Positions 1 through 8,957 of a stretch of 32,000 nt of DNA are shown piece by piece. The position numbers and the translations under genes are program-made. A model generated the notes under the pieces. That model was not told the DNA's origin. It saw only the letters and a list, made by a program, of their open reading frames with translations, and did no database searches. How positions within the stretch are numbered: the stretch's first letter is position 1; each line of letters begins with the position of its first letter. The DNA is taken from sequence record ON169962.1; one strand, given 5' to 3'. This DNA is from Salmonella phage BRM 13313.

Positions 1-13
1 CCCCTTTCGGGGC

Positions 14-304
14 TTATTCGTCGCCAGATTTGAAAAGGTGCCACCGACCTATTCCACACCATTCCCCAACATTATTTGAATATCTGGTAGTTCTGACACC
101 ACCAGTTTCATAAGCCCATTTAAAGAATTCCCATTTGGCAGATAACGTTGGTGGTTTATTACCAAGTTCCAATGAGCAAGCTGTAAGCCAACGTGTGATA
201 CTAATGGCTTGAAAAATTGGATGAATAAACGAATAATACACAACGCCCAGAGTTATGATGGCGAAGACGCATGTTGTAATCACTCCGACAATTTCAAAGA
301 ACAT
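14..304 (-). CDS. small membrane protein, unknown function
   Basis: 96 aa ORF with an N-terminal hydrophobic segment (VGVITTCVFAIITLGVVYYSF). The start directly follows the TAA of an upstream micro-ORF. Confidence 0.65.
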   Translation of the reverse strand: MFFEIVGVITTCVFAIITLGVVYYSFIHPIFQAISITRWLTACSLELGNKPPTLSAKWEFFKWAYETGGVRTTRYSNNVGEWCGIGRWHLFKSGDE

Positions 305-382
305 TTATAGCCCCCAATATTGGACACGCACTATGATGAACGCTATGATCGTGAATACCCAGGAGAAGATAGAAAGTTTCAT
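305..382 (-). CDS. 25-aa membrane micro-protein MKLSIFSWVFTIIAFIIVRVQYWGL
   Basis: Read from sequence; below the ORF-track length cutoff. The ATG overlaps the TGA of the dexA-like gene (ATGA) and its TAA abuts the next ATG (TAAATG). Confidence 0.5.
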   Translation of the reverse strand: MKLSIFSWVFTIIAFIIVRVQYWGL

Positions 383-1011
383 TCTTCTACCTTTAGCCCC
401 ATCAGGTCTTCCATAGTCTTCTGAATACGAAGCCAATCAAGAGCGGCGTCATACCGAGGATCATGATAGACCATGCCTTCCAGTTCCCAAGCCTTGATAC
501 CAGCATAACGATCCTGTTGCCCAACACCCTTCAGCCAGCTCACGATATCGAAGGTGTGATGATAATCCCAAGGCTCGTTGGAGTCCTGCTTACAAGTCAC
601 CTCAATGATGTGTTGAGCCTTACGCAGGTCAAACAGATTGCGATCACACCAATCAACCGAGCGTGGATCTACCCCAAGACGATGACTACCCATACGGATT
701 TCATCGGCCAGCCGGAAGATAGAGATGTCCTGATCGGTCGGATAAAGGCTGACGACACGGGCAGCATCACATGGGTTTCGCTTACCCGTACCCAACCACC
801 ATTCAACAGTCCCCTGATCTTTGACGCGACCAAGTTGAATTTGCTCTTTGACATCCAACTTTATGAACGTCGTTCGCTCTTCAACAAGTTGCTGAAGGGT
901 GTAACGTTTGGTCAGATCAGCGATGGTCTGTGCCCAAGATAACATAACAGCATCGTCCCAGCGCCCCAGAGTCTCACTATCGGCAACAGCCAAGAAATTA
1001 GATTTATACAT
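379..1011 (-). CDS. dexA: DexA-like 3'-5' exonuclease (DnaQ-like fold)
   Basis: DxE motif (ADSETLG), TVEWW, WCDRNLFDL and a late HDPRYDAALDWL motif match the layout of T4 DexA. Confidence 0.75.
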   Translation of the reverse strand: MYKSNFLAVADSETLGRWDDAVMLSWAQTIADLTKRYTLQQLVEERTTFIKLDVKEQIQLGRVKDQGTVEWWLGTGKRNPCDAARVVSLYPTDQDISIFRLADEIRMGSHRLGVDPRSVDWCDRNLFDLRKAQHIIEVTCKQDSNEPWDYHHTFDIVSWLKGVGQQDRYAGIKAWELEGMVYHDPRYDAALDWLRIQKTMEDLMGLKVEE

Positions 1012-1348
1012 CGGTTTCCCCCGCTTTCTCTAAAAGAAGTTTCAAAGGATATGTCCCACAAGCGGTGGCATACTCGACTTTGAAATATGAATTATCGTTC
1101 ATGGCGAAATTTCGATGTGGGAAATATTCCCCGTCATCAAAACCACCCATCCCTCCACCAACGCGATATTGTTTCAATTCGATCTCTCCACCGTAATGCA
1201 GTTGGGCGTACAATCCGATAGGAGCGCGAACATAATGCTCCAACCAAACCCAATTTCCATCGTGTAAACGGGTGGGCAGAAACGCAAACCGCACTTTTGG
1301 ATAGAGAACGGCTTTGGCTAACATTTCTTCCGTCACCACAGGTTTCAT
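1004..1348 (-). CDS. hypothetical protein
   Basis: 114 aa ORF, SD-like GGAAGG upstream, overlaps both neighbours in a compact array. Confidence 0.65.
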   Translation of the reverse strand: MKPVVTEEMLAKAVLYPKVRFAFLPTRLHDGNWVWLEHYVRAPIGLYAQLHYGGEIELKQYRVGGGMGGFDDGEYFPHRNFAMNDNSYFKVEYATACGTYPLKLLLEKAGETDV

Positions 1349-1950
1349 CCGATACCTTCCTCTTCGATGACGTCTTCTTCATTAGGAACGACCGAAATCC
1401 CAAAGTCGATCATTTGAGAGAGTTCTTGTAAATCCTTTTCGAATCCATCCCCTTCCCGAATATAGAATACTGGGACCACACGGCGACGGGTATCTTCAAA
1501 GATGGTTTCGGCAATTTTATTGATTTGGCTCACCACATGTGTGAGGTTCAAGCCACCAATACCACAACCGATAGCGGGTAATCCAACATAGACAGTTTCA
1601 TCAGGTTTGGATTCAACGATGTTATGAATTTGTTCAAACATGATCTGAATTGAGCTAATGATAGATGGCATGCGAGCATTGGGACCTGGGTAAAATTGAG
1701 TATACAAATTGAACCCCCAGACTCCAGTTTCATGATCAAAAGCATAGGACATATTGCCCAAGCGCTGTTCCGGACCACGTTCATCTAATTGGTCGGCGCG
1801 GTAAATCTCTGGGAAATTCAATCGAACGTGGTTGGCGATACCCGCGCCCATTACCGACCAACAATTTGCGCCGTGAGCAAAGGCATTGATGAGATTAAAA
1901 CTCGTGGCAGCTTTTAATAAATCGCCGTTTGTGATAACATAAGTGGTCAT
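1345..1950 (-). CDS. macro-domain (ADP-ribose binding/processing) protein
   Basis: ITNGDLL, NAFAHGANCWSVMGAGIA and VGLPAIGCGIGGLN match macro-domain motifs. Start moved from 2067 to the ATG at 1950, which has GGAG 8-9 nt upstream. Confidence 0.8.
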   Translation of the reverse strand: MTTYVITNGDLLKAATSFNLINAFAHGANCWSVMGAGIANHVRLNFPEIYRADQLDERGPEQRLGNMSYAFDHETGVWGFNLYTQFYPGPNARMPSIISSIQIMFEQIHNIVESKPDETVYVGLPAIGCGIGGLNLTHVVSQINKIAETIFEDTRRRVVPVFYIREGDGFEKDLQELSQMIDFGISVVPNEEDVIEEEGIG

Positions 1951-2183
1951 GCGTAACGTCTCCATTGTATAATTTCGTTGTCGACACAACTGACCTGAAT
2001 GATACACATATTCTGGCGATGGTCGGTGAGTGTCATAATAAAACTGTCTGATTGTGATATCACGCAATTAACAGATATTCCGCGCGACATTAAACGAACG
2101 CAAATTTCTTGATACAAACGTTTCATGTATCCAGAAACAGAAGCAGGTTCATATGCGCGTTCAAATTCGTATAATTCGTTCAT
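1947..2183 (-). CDS. hypothetical protein
   Basis: 78 aa ORF, ATGA overlaps with both neighbours. Confidence 0.6.
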   Translation of the reverse strand: MNELYEFERAYEPASVSGYMKRLYQEICVRLMSRGISVNCVISQSDSFIMTLTDHRQNMCIIQVSCVDNEIIQWRRYA

Positions 2184-2404
2184 TTATTCAGACCATTAAT
2201 AGCATTTTCAGAGATGTATTCGACGAATTGATTGTCAGCCGCCATTTTTAAAAGTTCAAACAATTCAGTTCCAACTGTTCTCCCAAACATTCCTTCCAAT
2301 ACGCCTTGGACATCTTCATCTATTTCTTCTATGGCGAGTCCATAAGATTTCAGGCGGCGCGAAATAGCACGGAACTGGGCAATATCTCCAATTTCATTTG
2401 CCAT
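2180..2404 (-). CDS. hypothetical protein
   Basis: 74 aa ORF in the minus-strand operon. Confidence 0.6.
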   Translation of the reverse strand: MANEIGDIAQFRAISRRLKSYGLAIEEIDEDVQGVLEGMFGRTVGTELFELLKMAADNQFVEYISENAINGLNK

Positions 2405-2452
2405 GGTATTGTCTCATTATGGGGTTAGGCGGCAATTATACCGCCATTTTCT

Positions 2453-2866
2453 TCAATAGAGGTCTTCGGAAAAGAGTTCACGGAAAGGAGTGTTCTTCAA
2501 ACGAACTTGATTGGTTTGTCCAGCTTCACGGGCTACAATAGCCGCCTCTTCCCTGGACATCCATTGCCCATAGTTATCGATAAACCCTTGTTCACGCGTG
2601 TGGGTGGTTTCGATAACACCTGCTTCCTTCAATCGTTTCAATTGCGCATTCATCAATTTGTCGTGATGACGGGCACTTACAACGATGACGTCACCATATT
2701 TGTTGGCAGCAGCCACTACGCGTCGGTCAAATTTAGTTGGGTCTGGTATATCCCGAGCATACAAGGCGATGTGAGTGTCGTTCACGTCCCCTTTCACTTC
2801 AGAGTATAATTGACACCCATTAGGAGATCCAGTAGGCAAAGAACGAAAATATCCAAGTAATTTCAT
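2453..2866 (-). CDS. conserved phage-type hypothetical protein
   Basis: 137 aa ORF. The motif MSREEAAIVAREAGQ...ELFSEDLY resembles a short protein family common in large phages. Confidence 0.7.
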   Translation of the reverse strand: MKLLGYFRSLPTGSPNGCQLYSEVKGDVNDTHIALYARDIPDPTKFDRRVVAAANKYGDVIVVSARHHDKLMNAQLKRLKEAGVIETTHTREQGFIDNYGQWMSREEAAIVAREAGQTNQVRLKNTPFRELFSEDLY

Positions 2867-2869
2867 AAT

Positions 2870-3181
2870 CTAATCTATCCATATTTCAGGTTCGGGGATA
2901 TCAACCATCTCCACCGTTTGATTCTTTAATTCATGGAAACAGTCACCAAGGAATTGTAATTTACCATCAGTCAAGAACAAATGACAACGACTCGCCGGAT
3001 CAGAATGGTTCACCAATAAACTCGGAGTGAAAGTCGGTGATTTGAGATCGTGATTCCATTGCCATATTGGGCCAGGCATTTGCCCTGAAATGCGATAAGG
3101 ATGAAGCATATTACATCCAGGACAATGAAAATATATGGAACCACCCATTGATAATAATTTTGGAGTCAATAATTTTGACAT
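2870..3181 (-). CDS. DUF6527-like small protein with CxxC pair
   Basis: FHCPGC...WQWNHDLKSPTFTPSLLV...CHLFLTDGKLQFLGDCFHELKNQTVEM is typical of this small phage family. Start set at the internal ATG 3181, overlapping the upstream stop. Confidence 0.7.
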   Translation of the reverse strand: MSKLLTPKLLSMGGSIYFHCPGCNMLHPYRISGQMPGPIWQWNHDLKSPTFTPSLLVNHSDPASRCHLFLTDGKLQFLGDCFHELKNQTVEMVDIPEPEIWID

Positions 3182-3182
3182 A

Positions 3183-3461
3183 TCACGCCTCCACTTCTTC
3201 ATCAGGATTGTATGGGTGTAATTCTCCAATTAACTTAGGGAATAATGCGAATCCAAATAAATTAAATGAACGCATGGTGCCAACCATACCCACTTCATCC
3301 GATTCGGTTACATCAGAAAGAGCGCAAAGAGGTATCCATAAATCTTGTTGGCCTTCATGATTGACAAAAGCAACTTCCTCTTTAATAAAACGAGGGCATA
3401 AGATATCGAACAACCAATAGAAGAAAGTCAGCAATGAGAGACTGCGGAAATATACAAACAT
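3183..3461 (-). CDS. hypothetical membrane-associated protein
   Basis: N-terminal hydrophobic stretch. ATG at 3461 preceded by an AAGGGG SD-like sequence. Confidence 0.6.
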   Translation of the reverse strand: MFVYFRSLSLLTFFYWLFDILCPRFIKEEVAFVNHEGQQDLWIPLCALSDVTESDEVGMVGTMRSFNLFGFALFPKLIGELHPYNPDEEVEA

Positions 3462-3503
3462 GGTGAACCCCTTGCTTGTTTGGAGGGAATTCACCCTCCG
3501 GAT

Positions 3504-4835
3504 TTATAGGCCCAATGCCTTTTCAAGATCATCTAAATCTTCAGTATAAAGATCGATGTCTTGCTTATTATTTAATTCTTCTCGTTGAACTTCTAAATTC
3601 TTTATCTGGTTCAACAAACGTTCACGGGCATCTAGTGTAATTGATGATAAAGACATCTTGAATAAATCATCGAGATCGCCATCAAAATCAGGATAGTCTG
3701 TCTGGAATAACGCTTTCAGTTCCGTGAGGCTCCGGCGCATATCTGTAACGACAGCCCACCCAATGAATATGGCACGATTGTTCAAACGGTGTATTTTGTC
3801 GGTCAATTCCTTGATAAGATACTGACGTCTATCTTCATAGCGACTCAGGCGATAATTGAAAAATGGAAGCAACATATCTTTCCAACCATCGTAACGGTGA
3901 ATAACACCATCTTCATCCCAAGCTGTCCACACGGGCTTATTAGCTGAGTAGAGGCGGAACATTTGTTCAACCTGTTCGTCATTCAACTTAGACAATTCAC
4001 CCCGCTTGAATACAACAGTGATATCCCAACCATCTTCGGTCGTATCGTTAGCATATTCAGTGAGTATGCCGGATTTGTACAACGGCAACAACACTTTGGT
4101 CTCATAGGTTTTAGAGAACCAACCAATAGGAACCTCGGTGATGTTCAGAGTGGTTGCATTGACGCGGGTGAACAAACCACGACTGTATGCTCTTCCTTCC
4201 TCAGTATAGCCTGTCTCTCCTTTGAAACCATTCCAGTACGGTTTTAAGTCCTTCGGGTCTTCGCCACGGAGAAGTGCTCTCAGGGCACTGAGCACGGACT
4301 TAACGCAGTGACATGGGGTGTCGGTGGCATAACCCGAGCCGATACCATTGATACCATTCACGAGAAACATGGGCAGGATGGGTAAAAAGAATTTCGGCTC
4401 CAGTTTCTCTTCCCCAAGATAATTGTATTCCAATATCCCATCGTCCTCCTTTCGGAAGATCTTACGGATAACTTCAGACACTGCCACTGAAATATAACGA
4501 GCGGAAGACGCTTCGCGCCCCATGATTGAACCAAACTGTCCGTCGCGGTCAAAGTATGGGATGTTATTCGTACCTGGGAACCCCTGAGCCATGTTCACGA
4601 TCGTACCGCTCATGTTCTCACCACCGGATTTGTAATTCGTGCGAGCGGCGGCGAACATGCCAAGGCGGTCAACAATCTCCTCCTTGTTGTATTCAAGAGC
4701 AGCGAAGAGTATCTTGCGCTGGCTTGGCTTCAGGCTGTCAATCAGCTGAGGGATTTGACGGATGCTGTTGACCACGGAAAACTCCTTGTGGTCAGTGTTG
4801 ACAAAGTCCGTTACAGTAATGCTCTTGGCAACCAT
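3504..4835 (-). CDS. 52: type II DNA topoisomerase, T4 gp52-like (GyrA/ParC-type) subunit
   Basis: VNSIRQIPQLIDSLKPSQRKILFAAL, IPYFDRDGQFGSIMGREASSARYISV (catalytic Tyr) and NGINGIGSGYATD. Start likely at ATG 4835 with GAGG 9 nt upstream. Confidence 0.92.
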   Translation of the reverse strand: MVAKSITVTDFVNTDHKEFSVVNSIRQIPQLIDSLKPSQRKILFAALEYNKEEIVDRLGMFAAARTNYKSGGENMSGTIVNMAQGFPGTNNIPYFDRDGQFGSIMGREASSARYISVAVSEVIRKIFRKEDDGILEYNYLGEEKLEPKFFLPILPMFLVNGINGIGSGYATDTPCHCVKSVLSALRALLRGEDPKDLKPYWNGFKGETGYTEEGRAYSRGLFTRVNATTLNITEVPIGWFSKTYETKVLLPLYKSGILTEYANDTTEDGWDITVVFKRGELSKLNDEQVEQMFRLYSANKPVWTAWDEDGVIHRYDGWKDMLLPFFNYRLSRYEDRRQYLIKELTDKIHRLNNRAIFIGWAVVTDMRRSLTELKALFQTDYPDFDGDLDDLFKMSLSSITLDARERLLNQIKNLEVQREELNNKQDIDLYTEDLDDLEKALGL

Positions 4836-4836
4836 C

Positions 4837-6750
4837 TTATTCATCCTCGGTTTCAAATAGGCAAACATCGCTAAACCAGGTTTTGCGGTAATCGGCGGCC
4901 TCATCACCGAAGCCATTCTTCAGTGACTGCTTGTATCCATCGTCCAGCGTGACCGTCGTAGTATACGCATCCAGGTTGTTTAGAATACGCTTGAAGTCTT
5001 CAGTGCTGTTACCGCCAAGACCTTTCAGATATTTCTTCTTCGTGATCTTCTTGGCGTCAGGTGTCTTCAGGAACTCCTCATATTCGGCATTGTTCATGAA
5101 TTCGTGCATTATATTACCACACCACACGCGCATGTATGGAGTACGAAGGAGCTTCAGCCTACCCTGACGAACGTATTCAGGCCAGAACGTACAATACAGA
5201 GTTATTAACAACCCACGGATGTGAATGCCGTCGTCATCCGCGTCTGTTGCCACGACGGTCTGTGGATAGCGACTGATATCAAGCGGCTGGCCTGGCACAG
5301 CACCGCCGTGAATGGTGCATAAATTCTTGAATTCTTCGTTCGCCATCACTTTTGAGCGCGGGGCGTTCAAGCAGTTGATGAACTTACCACGAAGCGGGAA
5401 CAAACCAATTTTCTTGGTATCACGAGCGTTCAGGATAGGGTTGGATGCGCTATCACCTTCTGTCAGTAGCAGCGAACACCCACTGCGGTCGCCTCTGGCG
5501 GTCGCCGGATAATACTTCTCAATCTCACGATAATCCCGTTTGCTGATATCCTTCTTCGCCTTTTCAAATTCGGCATCTTCTTGTTCATTGCGTAATGAAG
5601 CCAGTTCTTTACTCAGCCCTGCTGTCACGAACTCAAGCGCCTTGCGAATCAGTTTATCGCTGGGCTTGTAGGACGTACCAAACTGGCTCACAGGAGTCGT
5701 CATGCGCTCCTTGGTCTGGCTGTCAAAGCGAGGGTTGTTGATGTCGGCGGCGATGAACAATGACATGTGGTTCTTGATCATCGCTGGCTTCAGTTCGGTC
5801 TTGAACTTCTTAACCAGCTGAGGGCGTATAGCCGCCACGATCTGGTCAGCAACATAATCAACGTGAGGTCCACCGATGTGCGTGGCGATTGAGTTCACGT
5901 ATGATGCATGCATGAACGCACCAGATGAGGGAGTGATAGCAACAGACCAATCATCCGTTTCATCAACAGCCGAGCCAGCGTAGAAGTAATCAACGAAATG
6001 ACCAAATCGATCAATGCGGATTTGCTTGCCGTTGAGAACAACCTTCAGGCGCGGGTTGCATGCCGCCACTTCGAATACACGACGGTAAATCATGAGCAGG
6101 TTGTTCTGGTCAAGCCCCTTAACACCCAGGCGCGCATAATCAGGGATCCAGGCAATAGTGGTGCCGAACTCTTTCGGTGTATTGCCGATGACCGGATTGG
6201 ACTTCTTGCTCATGTTGTCTTCAAACAGCTGAGTATAAGACTTCTTGCCGTCACTGGTAGCAACGCGGAACCACTTTGAGAACACGTTGACGAGCGAAGC
6301 CCCTTCACCGTTCTGGCCGCCGGACTTCTGGTTGTTGTACTCCTCGTCCTCATCGTTGAAGTTGCTGCCCGCATAGAGCGAGCCAAACAACATCTCAGGG
6401 AGCCACTCATTGGTGACGCCATGCTTGACCACAGGGATACCCCCGTTGTCAGAAACGATGATTTGACCGTTCATAGGGGAGACCGTGACGGTGATTTCCG
6501 TCAAGCCTTTACCCTCAGGGGTCTTGCTGTGGTCAACACAGTTGGTGATGATTTCATCAAACTGTTTGATCAGCGCAGGGGAGTACTCAAAGTTGTCACG
6601 GAAGATGACTTTGTCTTTGGTTGGGTCATACACCCACACCGTCCCCACAGACGAACGGATACTGCCCAGATGACGCTCTGGGCGAAGTAGGATATGCTCT
6701 ATGTGAGTGAGCTTTTTGTATTTGCGTTCAATATCAATTTTGTTGGACAT
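4837..6750 (-). CDS. 39: type II DNA topoisomerase large subunit, T4 gp39/gp60-like (unsplit)
   Basis: GHKL ATPase motifs (DEIITNCVDHS, VSDNGGIPV, GQNGEGASLVNVFS) and TOPRIM (LLLTEGDSASN...DADDDGIHI) in one 637 aa ORF. Confidence 0.92.
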   Translation of the reverse strand: MSNKIDIERKYKKLTHIEHILLRPERHLGSIRSSVGTVWVYDPTKDKVIFRDNFEYSPALIKQFDEIITNCVDHSKTPEGKGLTEITVTVSPMNGQIIVSDNGGIPVVKHGVTNEWLPEMLFGSLYAGSNFNDEDEEYNNQKSGGQNGEGASLVNVFSKWFRVATSDGKKSYTQLFEDNMSKKSNPVIGNTPKEFGTTIAWIPDYARLGVKGLDQNNLLMIYRRVFEVAACNPRLKVVLNGKQIRIDRFGHFVDYFYAGSAVDETDDWSVAITPSSGAFMHASYVNSIATHIGGPHVDYVADQIVAAIRPQLVKKFKTELKPAMIKNHMSLFIAADINNPRFDSQTKERMTTPVSQFGTSYKPSDKLIRKALEFVTAGLSKELASLRNEQEDAEFEKAKKDISKRDYREIEKYYPATARGDRSGCSLLLTEGDSASNPILNARDTKKIGLFPLRGKFINCLNAPRSKVMANEEFKNLCTIHGGAVPGQPLDISRYPQTVVATDADDDGIHIRGLLITLYCTFWPEYVRQGRLKLLRTPYMRVWCGNIMHEFMNNAEYEEFLKTPDAKKITKKKYLKGLGGNSTEDFKRILNNLDAYTTTVTLDDGYKQSLKNGFGDEAADYRKTWFSDVCLFETEDE

Positions 6751-6799
6751 CGGCCTATCCCGTCAATGGTAAACACACAAGATTATGTATGGGGTTGGC

Positions 6800-7378
6800 T
6801 TATAGACCAAATTTACCACGCCACTTTTCAACTTTGTGTTCTATGGCATGTTCTACTTTAACGATCGTGTTGATATGGTTTTGATTATACCCACACGCCA
6901 ATTTGGCAGTATTGCGTATCAGATTTGAAACCAGGTCCACCATATTATCTTCTGAACGTTGAGGTTGGTTCAGTAAACGAGTGATGCGGCCTTTGTAATG
7001 ATTAACCATCGCAAGATATTTGTCTATAGTTTCAACACCACTGCAGAACCAATAATCCTCCAACGTATGTTGGCTGAGATCAGTTGTGTGATTGGCCGTA
7101 GCCAAAGCAAACACCATGGAGTCAAAGATTTCTTCTTTGGTCATAGACCCATGTTGTTGAACTTGTTGATAATCCACAACATATAATAGATCCAGAGCCG
7201 AGATGATAACGTCCGCCACTTCACCGTTCAGGGGTTCGGATGCAGCGATTCCATAAAGCACATCTGATAGTTCACAAGACTCTTCCACGAGTTTGCAATA
7301 TACAAACACAGGAGAACGATTAGGATCGCGCTGGCTGAGTTCATATGATGTGTTGAAGATAGTTTTTAGAAAATTCAT
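6800..7378 (-). CDS. MazG-like nucleotide pyrophosphohydrolase domain protein
   Basis: CKLVEESCELSDVLYG...GEVADVIISALDLLY matches the EExxE...ExxD metal-binding pattern. Confidence 0.6.
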   Translation of the reverse strand: MNFLKTIFNTSYELSQRDPNRSPVFVYCKLVEESCELSDVLYGIAASEPLNGEVADVIISALDLLYVVDYQQVQQHGSMTKEEIFDSMVFALATANHTTDLSQHTLEDYWFCSGVETIDKYLAMVNHYKGRITRLLNQPQRSEDNMVDLVSNLIRNTAKLACGYNQNHINTIVKVEHAIEHKVEKWRGKFGL

Positions 7379-7860
7379 TTCAAATATCCTTCTAGACGGA
7401 AGCGGTTAATATGCTGTATGATAAAATCCATAGAGTTTTGAAAACTGTATTTCCCCTGATGCTCATATGCATGAATAAGGGGAAGACGGCTGTGAGCCAA
7501 TTGGAATCTCAACTTGGATGGCATTGTCAGCAATTTTTGACTCGTCGCTGCGATAATGTCTCGTTTAAATTTGGGATCATCAGGGGACAATACAACGATG
7601 CGTGACTTGGCCAGGGTTTGTCCAAATTGCTTGGCGTCGTTCCCGTAAAGACTACGCAAGTCGTCGTGGCGATATTTTAGCCAATACCAGTAGCCTTCTA
7701 ACGAATTGAAATTACCATCAACAGTATCCATGGGATGGTATGCAAAATGGGAAAGGAATCTGCCTAGTTCTGTGCGGCTTCGACTGTATATGTTGTAATG
7801 GGTCTTGCCTTCACTATCCGGCGTCATACGTTCTTTTGGAACATTGAGTAATGGGAGCAT
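7375..7860 (-). CDS. hypothetical protein
   Basis: Compact overlap with the MazG-like gene. The ATG at 7860 is a better start than the TTG used in the ORF track. Confidence 0.6.
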   Translation of the reverse strand: MLPLLNVPKERMTPDSEGKTHYNIYSRSRTELGRFLSHFAYHPMDTVDGNFNSLEGYWYWLKYRHDDLRSLYGNDAKQFGQTLAKSRIVVLSPDDPKFKRDIIAATSQKLLTMPSKLRFQLAHSRLPLIHAYEHQGKYSFQNSMDFIIQHINRFRLEGYLK

Positions 7861-7901
7861 GATATAGGGTCTCAAATCAAAATTGCTGTGTGTGAGTTAA
7901 A

Positions 7902-8093
7902 TCAGATCTTTTTGTACGCTTTCAAAGCACTAATAACCGAGACGCCGCCAAATAGAACTAACAATATGAATCGTTCCATCCTGAAATCAGGAAGGGAAAG
8001 CAGTCCCACAAGGCTGTCTAAAGCAATCATGAACGTTACTCCAGTCAGCATGCCCAACTTAAAGGAGTTGGAACCTCTCTTGCAACGTAACAT
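7902..8093 (-). CDS. small membrane protein
   Basis: 63 aa, two hydrophobic segments, strong SD (GGAGGTGATTT-ATG). Confidence 0.65.
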   Translation of the reverse strand: MLRCKRGSNSFKLGMLTGVTFMIALDSLVGLLSLPDFRMERFILLVLFGGVSVISALKAYKKI

Positions 8094-8113
8094 AAATCAC
8101 CTCCGATTCAAAA

Positions 8114-8131
8114 TGGGGAGTTCTCTCCCCA
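8114..8131 (-). terminator. hairpin TGGGGAG-AGAA-CTCCCCA followed by TTTTG
   Basis: Inverted repeat between genes, with a short T run in the minus direction. Confidence 0.5.
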
Positions 8132-8140
8132 CACAGATAT

Positions 8141-8644
8141 CTAGCCCAGAAACACTACTAAAGTCAAATTTGTGAAGCAGATACGATTATCCTGTAACAT
8201 TTTATGAGCAACTGAAAGGCGTTTAGCGTCATGTAATGTATCGGAGAACACAATAATATCAGCTTTATCGATCTTACTGCCCATAAATTGGGTTATGGTT
8301 GCCGTTTTCTCTTTTCTATCAAATTTTTCATACCATTCTCCTGTGGTTATGTTTCTCGGTTGAGTGAAAAACGTATCACGTTCACGAGCAGTATGAAAGA
8401 CGCCGAATATATTAACTCCATTTTCATTTTGAAATTTTTCAGAAAGGAGTTTCTTTAAAACCGCAGTGTGACCAGTCTGACGAAGCATTCGATAGTAGAG
8501 CATGTTCCCACGGTCGGTGGGATCAAGATCATGGCGGATTCGACGATCTTTTTGAATTTCATATGCGTCCAACACAACTTGTTGAACCATTTCTATGTGG
8601 GCGTTCAGAGATATATCGACTTTACGTTTAATCATGGATTTCAT
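8141..8644 (-). CDS. hypothetical protein
   Basis: Start moved from 8896 to the ATG at 8644, downstream of the terminator and promoter, with a GAGGG SD. Confidence 0.6.
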   Translation of the reverse strand: MKSMIKRKVDISLNAHIEMVQQVVLDAYEIQKDRRIRHDLDPTDRGNMLYYRMLRQTGHTAVLKKLLSEKFQNENGVNIFGVFHTARERDTFFTQPRNITTGEWYEKFDRKEKTATITQFMGSKIDKADIIVFSDTLHDAKRLSVAHKMLQDNRICFTNLTLVVFLG

Positions 8645-8687
8645 TGTTAGACCCTCAGTATAAGTTCCTCTCATGGGGAACATAACA

Positions 8688-8716
8688 ATTATACTTTGGT
8701 ATACCAACAATGAAAA
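8688..8716 (-). promoter_or_regulatory. sigma70-like promoter TTTTCA-17-TATAAT containing the palindrome TTGGTATACCAA
   Basis: Perfect -10, 17 nt spacing, weak -35. Lies between a terminator and the next start codon. Confidence 0.55.
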
Positions 8717-8734
8717 AGAGGCCGAAGCCTCTTT
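8713..8734 (-). terminator. intrinsic terminator AAAGAGGC-TTCG-GCCTCTTT-TTC
   Basis: 8 bp stem with TTCG tetraloop and T tail in the minus direction, just downstream of the 8733-8954 gene. Confidence 0.85.
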
Positions 8735-8954
8735 AATCGTCGTATTGGCCTGTCCTGAAATTCCATTTTCGTGCCTTGGATAAATCCAAATCTTTGAAAA
8801 TGTTGCCAAAGATCTTTTTAAAATCAGACTCTTCTTCAAGATCTTTTGGTTTTTTGACAGGCTCCTTGACCATACCGCCTTCGGGTTTCCCCACATCGGC
8901 GGTCGTGGTTGCCGAAGGAGAAGAGTCTTCGAGGTAATCCTGGAAGCTCTTCAT
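8733..8954 (-). CDS. small acidic/basic hypothetical protein with MKSFQDYLED N-terminus
   Basis: 73 aa ORF between the Ig-domain gene and a terminator. Confidence 0.65.
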   Translation of the reverse strand: MKSFQDYLEDSSPSATTTADVGKPEGGMVKEPVKKPKDLEEESDFKKIFGNIFKDLDLSKARKWNFRTGQYDD

Positions 8955-8957
8955 AGA

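Noticed and set aside
1-15. hairpin CCCCTTTCGGGG at the window start
   Set aside because: Looks like a terminator stem, but it is cut by the window edge, so it was not called as a feature.
1137-1403. 88-aa minus-strand ORF overlapping 1004-1348
   Set aside because: The 1004-1348 ORF has a better SD and ATGA coupling to the macro-domain gene.
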